A stretch of DNA of 32,000 nucleotides from Candidatus Saganbacteria bacterium. GTDB taxonomy: Bacteria; Margulisbacteria; WOR-1; JAKLHX01. Positions 17,900 through 29,800 of this stretch are shown piece by piece. The translations under genes and the position numbers were made by a program. The DNA lies in contig JAPLKZ010000010.1 of NCBI GenBank assembly GCA_026387835.1, positions 114,325 through 146,324 on the forward strand. The letters are read 5' to 3'. Positions within the stretch are counted from its first letter, which is position 1. Each line of letters begins with the position of its first letter. The notes under the pieces are model-generated. The model worked only from the letters and a program-made list of their open reading frames with translations. It made no database searches and had not been told where the DNA came from.

Positions 17900-20800
17900 T
17901 CAATATGGTTCTATGTCACCAGTGTATATATCGGCTGGCTGAAGCAACCCGTAATTTCTGGAGATCTCGGCCATTGCTTCCCTGCATTTACCGGCTTTCG
18001 ACACTTCTTTGTTGATCTCATTTATTCTCGCAAACTCCGAGTAATCCGCTTTTGACCTGCAAGCTTTCACAAGAATTTTTACGATCTCATCCCGTATAGC
18101 ACCGCCATTTCCTATTGCTTTGGCTATGGCGTCCGATGTCGCCTTATTTTCCAATATTATTCTTATACATTCACTTGTTGCGTTCCTTATCCTCGCGTTT
18201 TCAGCGGCGGTACCGATCCTTGAATTATGTATCCTTGAATAAAAGCCTAAAGCTATGTCATATTTGCCGCTACTAAATGCTGATTGTGCCTTTTCCCTGC
18301 AAGAAATGTATAACTGAATCTCATTCCCCAGCATTTCTTTTTTGGACGATTCGCTTTGCGCATATTCTATTTTTCTTCCAAGTTCGGCTATATTTGCATA
18401 AGCGCTCCATCTGGTATTTGACTTCGGCAACGCAGGCTGTTCCGGCTCAGCAGGAAGATAGATTTTCGATCCGAACCTGCTTTCAAGGAACCACCTGAAA
18501 CCCGAGACCAGGTTTGGATTCTGCTGAAGCCAATATATCGTATATTCACCATTACCAAGTCTGAGCATCGACTGGGAAGGGACTTCTTCCGGACATTTTA
18601 TATTGCACTTTATTTTCCCGGTAACTTTATCAATTTCATTTCCAAAGACATCATCTATATCCTTATCGCTGATGGAATCGGATATGCCCTGTCTATTACT
18701 TACATAGAATTCGGACAGTCTCTTTAAAAACTTTTCTCCCGTTGGCTGAAGCGAGACACGGCCGTTCTGTCCATTCTTTGTCTTCAAGAACTCATTAAAT
18801 TCTTTTATGAATATTGCAGCCTCTTCTTTATTCATTCCCTTTATAAAATTATCCAAGGTAAATAATTTTTCGATCTGGAAATCGGCCGTCTTATCGATCA
18901 GCACCCTGTTTTTGGCATATGCCCCTACGGATTTCCCGATGTTATATGCTACATACAATTTGAACAGAGCCAGCTTGTCATTGACCTCGGCAATATTTAC
19001 TCCCCTGATTGAGCAATACCCCTCGAACGCTTTTCTTTCGTTTTCTTTAAGCATGCCAAGATCAAAGACTGTTCCCACTATCGAATCCTGGATCTCTGCT
19101 GTCTTTTTCTGATATTCGCTCAGGTGAACTTTTCTGATATATTCCCTGAAAAGCGACGGACATTGTTCTTGTATATCGCGCTTCAGCGGGGTCGCGGGCA
19201 TTCCCTGGATCAGCATGTTATTCTGGCTCCTCGCAAACGCCGCATCGTCAGCTTTAAGCATAATACTTCTGGTCATTCTCTCAACCGAGGGTAGGTTGAC
19301 ATAAGCACGTCTTGCGATCTGTTCAAGGACGAGGTTTTTTATCTTTTCCTTTGCATCTTCCAGTTTTATTTCGTGTCTGTCTATCCTGCCAAAAAGAAAT
19401 GCTATTTCCTGAAATGCCTTTTTCTGATTGACGAATTGTTCCAGTGTTATTGAAGGATTATCTTTCCTTTGCTTTTCGAGCTGAGCGGATACTTTTTCCA
19501 TAAAAGTTTTACTGTCCAAATAACCAAGTTCATAATATTTCAAAATATTTTCAGTATTTTCACAAATTGACTTAATCGTCTTCATATAGCCTATCACTTC
19601 TGCTCCCTCCACCCATGAAAGAGCTGTGGTTGAAAACAGCCATTCTCTTACCGAGTCTTTTCCTTTTCTTATATAGGCGTTCTCCTGATCTCTGTAAGCC
19701 TTGCGCATAGGAACGACCCATTCTTCATATAATTTATTCCTTTCATCAATATCAGCCGACGAGTTTCCGTTCATTGCATCGCTGATGCGTGGGGCTCCCT
19801 CGCATATGACTGTTCCTATAAGAGCACCCAAGCCGGCTGCTCTGGAACCGACCGCTACCGAAGCTTTGCCTAAGTTTAAAGCCCAAAGAGAGGCTTTTGC
19901 GCCTATTTGAACATAGAGTTTATTAGCTAAAACATGAGATGTCCCGTCAAGAACATCTCCGGTCCTCGCTGCTGCCGGCGATGTCATTGCACTGTAAAGC
20001 CACGGAGCTTTCTTCATCGTCCAGTTATACCCTACTCCGAATATTTCCATTCCTGCCATTGCTACTACATTACCACCAAATTCCGCAAGCGGCCGCGGCA
20101 ACTTCTTGCTGAGCGCCCAAGTGGCAATCTTTTGTGTCAACATAAAGGAACCCAGATTACCTGCGCCCTGTACGGTCACGACTAATTTTCGATCCATGCT
20201 TGCAGATTTTATATCCCTTTGAGTATTCAGAAAGATTGCAAATGCTGTTCCCTGCCCGCCAGATAATCCGAGTAAAGCCTGCCCTACCCCTCTCTCAAGA
20301 CCGAACTTGGCCCATCCGATAGTGCCCTGGATAGTTTCGTCCTCTGTCTTTGCCCACATCGTAGCGCCTTCTCCGCGAAGACCGTAGAGCAGAAAATTCT
20401 TGCCTGCGCTGACAATTATGGAAGCAAGAAATCCTGAAGCGGCGTCATGAGCGGTATTCGCTCCAACCGATGTAAGCTTCTGGCCGAAATTCCCTCCCGG
20501 TGCACCGAGGCACATCCACTGCCAGGCCCCGACCATCTCTCTGACATTATATGTCCCGTCCGAGGCTGCCGGCATTGAAAACTCCGGCACTTTAAGGCCT
20601 TTTGCTTTGTATTTTTCCGCAAGAGACTGATATACGCTTGCAAGGTATTTGTCAACAGCCTCGCTGCCGAGCAGGTTAATATCTTCCCTCACTGCCATTT
20701 TGAAGATACTGTCCATTGACATCGGAGATGATATATCTTCGATTACACTGTTCGCTTTCTTTTTTGCCTGCTCTGTTTTTTTCTGGAAATCCGGGTCCTT

Positions 20801-23800
20801 CGGATCCAGTTTTGCTATCTCTCCTTCAAATATCTGCGCGGAAACAGAAGATGCCAGGTCGCCGAATGTCTGGCTGAACCTTGAAAGACACGTTATCTGG
20901 AATATCGTGCTGAACACCTGTGTTCTGGCGACTTTTTCGCTTACGCCTATTTTTTTCAGTTCGGCCGCAGCCTGACTTATAACTCTTTCAAGTTCATTTG
21001 CCGCGCTCTTGTATTCCTTTGATGACGACAGGCATTTCGTCAGGCAGGCAAGGGTCCTGTTGTTCAAAGAGACTGTTATCTGTGCTCTCCCGTCTTTGCT
21101 GTTGATGACAATTGCTGTTTCGGTGAAAGGCTTCAAAAAGTCTGATTTTTGCACTTTATTATATTCAGTATCGGCAGCCCTTGCTTGTTGTAATTGAGCG
21201 TCTATTTCTGCCTCAAGCTTTTTCACGGCTTCAAGATAAGCATCTGTCTCGGGAGAAGCGCTCATCAGCTCGGCTATCGTCCTCTTGCTGATCTTTACGG
21301 AATAAGTTTTCCCGCCTTTTTCAACCGCGATATTCTCATAAAGGATGTTCTCGCGGTTTCCGGAAATTATCACAAGCGGAATATCGCTTGAACCCTGCAC
21401 CTGGAGCTCGCTGATGCTCTGCGAGAGCCTGGTCCTTATGGCCTCCGGATCGAAGCCCTTTCCTTTATTTGCTTCAACGGCTGCGCTGATGATCTCGTCC
21501 AGCGCTTTCTGGCCATCGATCAGCGCCCTGGCATCCGAGACGGATATCTCCATCTTTTCGCCGTCGGCTTCTATCTCGATGATATCTCCGCTCTTGGTCA
21601 GCTTTATTGTCCCTGCGTCTGCATCTTCTGCCGTTTTTATCTCTATAACTGTAGACTTGTCTGTCAGGAACGGTTCAAGCCGACCTGAGCTTTGGGCCAG
21701 ATGCAGGGAGCCGGCAAGCAGATCATTTCCTGTCAGGACGTGTCTGACGACCCTGACATATTCCCTTAACTTTGCAGCCTGTTCCCCTGATACACTGTAA
21801 TCTATCCTTTCGGCGCTTTCATAATATATGTCGCTTCCCTGCGGAGTTCTTTCGATCTCCTCAAGCAGTTGCACAGGCGTCTTTGCTTTTTCATGGGAAA
21901 TGACTATACCGCGTGGACGTACGCTCGAGTGACGGCCAAGGTAATCCTCGGCTATCTGTGCGGCTTCATGAGGATCCATTCCCTGAATTACCATAAATCT
22001 AAAGTGTATCTCGGTAAGTTCATGGGTGAAGGCATCGGAGATCCTGAGGCTGCTGTTAATTGTCAGAGTGCCATTCGCGTCAAGTTTGACAGCTGATTCC
22101 CTTACGAATACTGTATCCCCAGCAAATGCCGCGTCACCGGATATGTCCGCATCAGTAAATACCTTGTCAGGAACAACTACTACTTTATTGATCGTCTTGA
22201 GAGCGCGTGGGTTTATCATCCCCTGGCCCATTTCAAAGAATAGCTTGGACAACGCGGGAATTTCTTTTCCGGAAGAAGCCGCTCTGATCAGGACATCGAT
22301 CTGGCTGGGAGCTAAATTACCTGATTGAGCTCCTGCAACTACTGGTGCTGCGGTCGGTGCCGGCACAGGAGAGGCTGCACTGGTGTCTGCCGTTGCAGTA
22401 ACGCTTGGCGCTTTCCACGCGCCTACAAAGCTTTTCGCTCCTACTGATTTGCTTATGGCATACAGCATCCTTTTTGCTGCGTTTATCCTGTTGTCCCTGC
22501 CTATGGCTGTCGCTTCCTGCTGGAGCCGCATTTCTATATTTTCGTCTTCCTTTATAAGCCCCGTGCGGAACCTTTCTACCAGTCCGAGCTGTTCATTACC
22601 AAGCTGCCTGTTAGCGGCACTGAAGACCTCTACTATGATATTTTCCCAGCTGTTCTCAATGTTAAAGCGCATGCCCTGCTGTTCCACTTCGAAACGCAGG
22701 CTTCCTGACGGCTTATGAGAACTCGAATATTTTGCCTTGCCGGAAGTCCCGGCCAGAAAACCGTCCACCATTGTCTGCAAGCGTCCTTTTATTTCTGTTA
22801 TTGACAGATTTTCTTTTGTTCCGGGATCAAGCGCTCTTGTCACTTCCTCTTCTTTTATCCCCAAAAGCCATGCAAGGTCTTTGCTCAGTTTTGCCAGAGC
22901 ATCTCTATTGAGAGGTTTGTTCCCGTCAGCGTGCCTTTCTATCACCGCTTCCACGCCTGCCATAATGAACTTTTTCGCACATTCTATTATGTTGAGACTT
23001 CTGTTCGGCACAACACCGACACCGTCCCGCGTAACGAACAATTCATCCGAGATCCCGCGATAGTGATCTTCAATTCCCTGAAAATATTTCCTGATTATCA
23101 GTCCTTCTTCAGCCTTTGCACAGGCCTGTTTTGCCTGTTCTGTCCTGAGATCATTCTGTATAATCCTCCTTGCTGTAGCCATATCTCTGCGTGAGACTGC
23201 AACCTTTAGTTCGTCGTACATATTTGGTTCATTGGAACTTGCGGAGCTTGGCATCACACTTAAAGTTGCTTTGATGTTCGGATCATCAATAGAATATATC
23301 GGGACCACTTCTACGCTGTCTATGAACCTCCCGCCGCGCTCTCTCAACTGAATGAATGCCCACTCGTTACCGGCCGGCGAAATAGGGATCACCATGATCC
23401 CTCTTCTGACAGCCTCGGAACCCGGAGCACCTTTCACCCTGATATCGTCCGCGCGGGCGAAAGAGCCTATCGTTATTCCCGGGGTCCCTGCATGAGCGAT
23501 CGCAGCGTTCCTTGCGTTCTTTCCGGACCTGATCTCATGGTCGCACAGTTCCACTCTTCCCTTTATCGCGGCTTTCTGCTGAGGAGACAGCCCGGCTTCT
23601 ATCGCATCAGTTATCTTTCTTCCTCTTTCGGAATCTCCGGCTGTTTGTATCAATATCGGTCTTGGGGCATGCCCCTTGCTTATTGCATAATCAATTTCTG
23701 CCTGTATCCTGGTAACGATTTCATTTATCTGAGTATCTTGATCGATAACTATATTCGGATCATGCCGGACGATCAGGCTCGGGATCAGCGGCAGATCCCT

Positions 23801-26800
23801 GCCGCTATTTTGCAGTGCCATCCCTCTCATCTTATCTGCAATATCACCCAGCAGACTGTAATAACCTGTTTCATTCCCGACTGTTTCACCGCCTTCAGCA
23901 TTTCTGGTCACAACCCTGCCGTCACGCATCTGGATACAGACCCTTACAGGCACGCATTCCTGATCAGCCGTGCCTCCCGGCAGTTTAAAGAACAGTGTCT
24001 CAAGCCTCACATCACCTGTTGTTGCAGCCCCGCTCGTTCTTGCATCAAATATAGCCTGCAAAGCTCTCCTGCATCCGTCTGCATCCTGTCCCGCGTAATC
24101 CCATTCGGAAACGTTCCTGCTCAGCTCGACAACTTCAATACCAAGCCTTTCAAAGAAAGCCCTGACCTCCGGAACCGTGAGGGTGCCTGACATGAATACC
24201 TTCAACCCCCGGAAGGAAAGCAAGAATTGCTGAGGTGTCTGCGACTGTATTGCCGTTAGTTCCTGCCTGATGGGGAATCCGCACATTGCCTCAAGCGCCT
24301 GATGGAGGCCTTCGTTAAACCTGTTGTCAACCATTATCTTCGAAACATTTTCATCGACAACATAAACTTGTCTTTTAACACGGTCCACATATACTTTTTT
24401 GTCATCGATAGTTTTTTGGGCTTTCATGCAATTTATGACCATATCCACTGTGCCCGGTTTGTTTGCCAATTCGCTGAATTGTTTATTGGCCATTAAAAGT
24501 GCTTCTATATTTGGCCTGTCGCTTTCTCCAATTCCTCTTGACATAACATATTTTGCTGCTTTGGCTGCTTTTCTCCATTGTTTTGCATTGGCTACTTCAC
24601 TTCCGTCCCCGCCTCCGGAAAGGATGAGAGGCGTCTTGCTCATGTCTATCATAAAATATTCGCCTTCATCCGCTGTATAGCTGCGCTGAAAATCGACAAA
24701 TGCGGCTTCCGCGGGCGGCATCGTCCTGCTTATCAGGTCAACCACCATGAAATCGTACAAAGAGCCGTAAACGACCGGCGATGAAAGTTCCGTCCTCAGC
24801 CTCGCCTGTGAAGATTTCGAATCCACCACGCCCACCTTTGGCACGCCCATCACCTCATAACATTCCCTGAAACACTCGGCATCGCGCTCGGCAAAGATAT
24901 GGTCTGTCGTGAAAGAATAACTCATACCCTTGTCCGCCCGCCACCTGTTTATGTTCACGCCAAAGCATATAGCCGATTTTCCTCCGCCGCATTCTTTATT
25001 GAACGAATACCCGAGATAACCTCTCGCGACCGCTTCCATCTGTGGGAATGTAAAGCGCAGGTGGTTATATTTGTATTCCACTTTCTTGGTGCCGGGGATC
25101 GTTCCGGGGACTTCATCCGCGCTTTTACCGAACAAATAGACCGAGATCCTGGTCAAAGCCAGTAGTTTTGTCCTCGCTTCAAAACTACTAAAATCACCGT
25201 GAAATCCTTCCATTTGTTCATTGAACAGTTTTTGATATCCTTCTTTTGCTCCTTTGATATTTCCGCTGTCGACCAATTCTCTTAATCTTTCTGTCTCAGC
25301 AGTGATCGTACGCTCATTGCATACTCTCATAGCATCTTCGACCATCTTTTGGACTGCTTGTTCCTGTGTCGTCACTCCGGCCGGCAAAACGAGTTCGACA
25401 TGTCTTCCGATATCAATTCCCAGGTCTTGAGCTATTTCGCTTAAGTTTTGGCCGCTCACAAATTTTATGTGGTCCGCTAAATCAACGATTGCTCCTCTTA
25501 AAGTCGCAACTTGCTCAGGTGCTGATATTACCTTTCTGTCAATTATCAATCTTTCCCGCCCTATCTTTATCCTTAATAGTTTTGCGCCCGAATTAGTTAT
25601 ATATGGGCTCATCGCAATCTCATTACCATCAACGATCTCTATCCTCCCTATCGGCAAAGTTTCGATAGACCTGTCAATACGAATAGTCTGTGTAGGTCCG
25701 CTTTCAAATATTTCCTCGACCGCGTCTCTGAATATCTCGCATCTCTTATCCCCTTCTATCACCGAGATCGGCTCATCCTGCCTTTTCACAAATCTGACAG
25801 CTCTTGCGGTCCGGGTGCTGTCCGGAAGGCTTTCGAATACAAATGTGCCGCTTCCGTTAAGATGTTCAGGGAATTTTGCGCGGTAATCAGGCTGATAAGA
25901 ACCGCGGATCGCCCTTCTCGTTACTGCAGACGGGCTTACACCGAGATCTGCGGCTGTCTGTCTTTTTTGATCGCCGACAAAAATAAAATCTTGAGGGTGT
26001 TCGGCTGCTTTTACCGCTCTTCCTACCCTGTCAGCTAAACAGCTGATGAAATATAAAGAGACGACCCTGTATGAAAATCTTCCTGTTTCGTACGCAGTTC
26101 TGCCCCCTGCCATTACCGCCGTCCTTAGGGCAGGGTGATCATTCAAATACTTCCTGACAGGGCCTATTTTGGTGGGGTCTCCGGAATAAGAATTCTTTAC
26201 CCATTCTGCGCCTCTGACTAAACAATCTTCAATCGTGATATGTACCCAGTCAAGCCCCTTCCCTATTTTCCCGTCCCTTCCTACACGGTCCATAGTCCAT
26301 TCGGCGCCGCTGCCTAAAACTCTGAATACTGTTCTTGTACCAAGAGGCAGAGTCTTATGGGACATATACGGCATACCGCGCGCTCTTCTAGTGACATAAT
26401 CCGCCCCCCGCAGGGCAGAATAACTTGCCGCCATTGTCTGGAGCATCCAGAACACTGATTTTCCTATTAATTTGTCCCAGTCGTCTTCAGTTTTCCAGAG
26501 ATCGTTAATTTTTGAAAGTCCCAAGCGCGGGTCTATTCCGTATCTTACAAATGCTTTAGTCATGCTTGCAAGCTGGTAAAGCAGGCCGTCTTCATATCCC
26601 GTCCCTTCGGTCCCGAAGAAAATATTGTCTGCCGCTGACCAGTTGCCTGTTGTTTCGCCTTTGATTATTGCTTCGGACCACGATTTCATCTTCCCGCCGA
26701 CATTTCCGATCTGCCAGCCGATCGCAGCCGGCATCGTCTGCCACGGCAGAGCCTCTTCAACCATGTTGAACAAAAATGGAACGCCGCTGAATGTCTTTAG

Positions 26801-29800
26801 CGGTGTCGCCCATGTGCCGTCGAATACAGGGTTCATCCTGTGCTCCGGAGTGCATTCCCCGTACATATTTAATTCGACCATCTGAGGTATTTTCTGGGTA
26901 CCGTTTATTCCGAAAGTCTCCCTCAGCCCGCGCTGGAGGTAATGCTGGACGTTGGCGAGGTCAAAGCTTGCTTCCGGAACTCCGGACGTCCTCTCGAACA
27001 GGTCGAGCACCGTGAAAGCGTCAAGCAGGGCGCCGGAAAAAGCTTTTTCAGCTTCGCTCTTTGCGGCCTCCGGATTAGAGATATCCGAGGCATCTTCCGC
27101 TTTGAAACGGTCTACTGGACTGATCCATTCCCATTTTTGCGCCTTATCATCAAACCTTAAATTATAAAGTCTCTTGCTTGCGGCGGACGGCCACATCGAT
27201 CTGTTATTATTTAATCTGTCAAGAACAAGGTTCAGGTTAGTTACTGTTCGTCCGATATCCTGCACGTCCACCTGGTTGAACCTTGCTATGCCTTTTTGAT
27301 CACCTTCGAACGGCCTGAAATCAGATATCATCTGCTTTTTTTGGCTTTCGGAAAACCTGTAGTTAAAGAATTTTACATAAAACCCTATTGATGTCTTTGG
27401 ATTAGCCTGCGTCATCGCGCCCATCGTTGCAAATATCCTTTGCCAGACGATATTCTTCGCGGACATCAGATTTTCTCCGGATACTGGCGCATTTGCCTTA
27501 AATTTTGTTGTGTCGGTATCCGCGGCATTTGCGCCCATTGATGTCAGCGCTATAGGCAAGCCGCCTGTCATTATTAAAGACGATGATATTAATGTGAGCC
27601 AGTTGAGGTCCGACGAAGAGACGGGTATTGCGAACATCATCCTTATCAGGAGCATCTTTGCTATCGTCGTGTCGCGGTTTTCTACCGGAAGCACCGTCAG
27701 AGTCGTCCAGCCGCCGTCCCTCTGGATCGTCTTTAAGATGAACTTTTCGATATCTTCAAACGTTTTCAGCCCCGTTGCTTCGGCAATATAATCCGAGATG
27801 GACTTTTCATATTTCGGCTTGCCCTGCTCGTCATAGACGACCATGTTTTGACCGAAAACATATTTCATTATATTTTCCGAGGTCTTTATCCTGCTGATGG
27901 CAGGGCTCAGCGACAGGAAGAAATTTTCATCGATCCTCGTATCCATCATCGGTGAAAGCTTCTTTGAAAGTTCTCTCCTCAGACTGCCGAGTTCCCTGTT
28001 AAGCGAAATTAATTCGGTATAATCATCCGGATATTCTTTTTTCCAGTCTTCCAGTTCCTTTTTCTTTGCACCTTTGGTTTTTTCGTTCAGGAACGAGTTA
28101 ATATTTGCCTCGATCGTTTTTATCTTCTGCATCGTAACGTCGATCTCACCCTGGAGCTCACCGATCTTTTTGACCGCGGCTGGCTGAAGAGAGGCTTTTA
28201 ACAGCATCACCTGCAGCCAGGCTTTTTCCCCGCTTATCCTCTGTCTCGGCACTGTCACCAGGGACCTAGTATCCTGGTTCCATACGCGCAGCATCACGCT
28301 TGCAGTCTTTGATAACCAGGAATCACCTCCCACCACTTCTCCCGGGATATCGGCGACAAGATCGACCTGGTCAAGCTGCCAGCATATCCTGTTCACTGTT
28401 TCCGCATATTTTCTGATGTTTTCAGGCAGGTCGTTCAGCCTTGTAGTCCTGAGGACTTCTCCGGATTCTTTCAGCCATTTTGCAAGCGCCATCAGTCCGT
28501 CTTTGTCTTCATCATTGTTTATCCCGCCCTGCACGGGGATAAAATAGCCTTCCATCTGGCCTCTTTTAATCACCGCGTCTGCATCGCTAAGCTCTTTAGG
28601 GCAAAGTTCCCTTGTGCCGACATAAAGATTTGCCAGCGCTTTTAAAGTTTTTAACTCCTTTAGAGTTGAACCGTTTAAAAGCATGATGTTTTCCGCTATC
28701 CTTTCGAATTTTTTCCGGTCGCTAGGATCTTTCAGAAATTGTGCCAGTTCGTCGAGGAATTGCTTCAGCTCGCCCTCGTCTTTTGGCGTGGCTTTTACAA
28801 GTTCTGTTTTCAATAATTCTGCCAGCCTCTTCCTTAATTTCCCGATATCATCTATATCCTGCAGGGTCAGGAACGTTTCCTGCCCGGGATTCACCAGACA
28901 TGTAAATAATTTGCCCAGAAGTTTATTTTCTTCGGCTGTCAGGCTTATCTCGTGTTTTTCTTTTACGACAAAAGAAAGAGAGGCTATAAAATCGTCAAAG
29001 TTGCTTACAGGCAGTGCCGATGATAAGTATATTCGGCCTTTCCTGTCGAGAAGGACGGCCAAGGCCGTGACGTCAGAAAAAGTCATGTAATTTTCTTTTG
29101 GTGATGAAATATTTCTGCATCCGGCGCCTATCATCATAGCCTTGGCAAGCGAGTAAGGCGCTTTCTGTCCGAAGACGTTTAGGTCTACTTTTTCGTTTTC
29201 ATTTGTCGGCTTTATTTTCGGTCTATCCGAGATCTCTTTCGGGGACGCTTCCTGGGCTTGGGTCGGTTTGTTTATTGTCGTGAACATTTTTCCGTCAAGT
29301 GTGACTGAACCTGCGCTCACATAGGTCTGCCTTGTCTTGGGATCGCCCTGGTCCATGAAATACACTCTGGCGGCGGCCCCTGCCAGTGATCCGGAGAATT
29401 TCTTTTTCAGTTCCTGCTGGTCAGGATCGAATTTTGTCTTTTCTTCTTCATTTTCGGTGATCCCGGAAGCCTTTATCCACGCGGCTGTCCTGTTCTCTTT
29501 TACGACAAGGCCGGCGGTAGCCAGAGCCCTGTTAATTTCCGAAATGCTGAAAGCTGCGAACTTCAGTGCTTCTCTTTTTTCCGGCTTCTCGTTTTTTTCG
29601 GCCTTCTCTGTAGCTTTAAAGAACTGCTGCGCAGCGATAAAGAAAGCCTCGCGTTCTTCGGCAGTCGCGTTATTCAGCCAGCCCAGAAAGGATGTTATCT
29701 TGTCTATTTCTTCTTTTGTCGGTTTGTATTTCAGAATCAGTGTGATCAGCTGCTTTTCCATGTCCGTAAATTTTGGTTTGGCTTCTTTTTGTCCGTAAAA

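Noticed and set aside
23280-25080. Housekeeping SecA gene or secA fusion by assembly error
   Set aside because: Nearly every motif is diverged in a coordinated way and the flanks remain in the same open frame for kilobases; a chimera with a normal secA would show canonical motifs.
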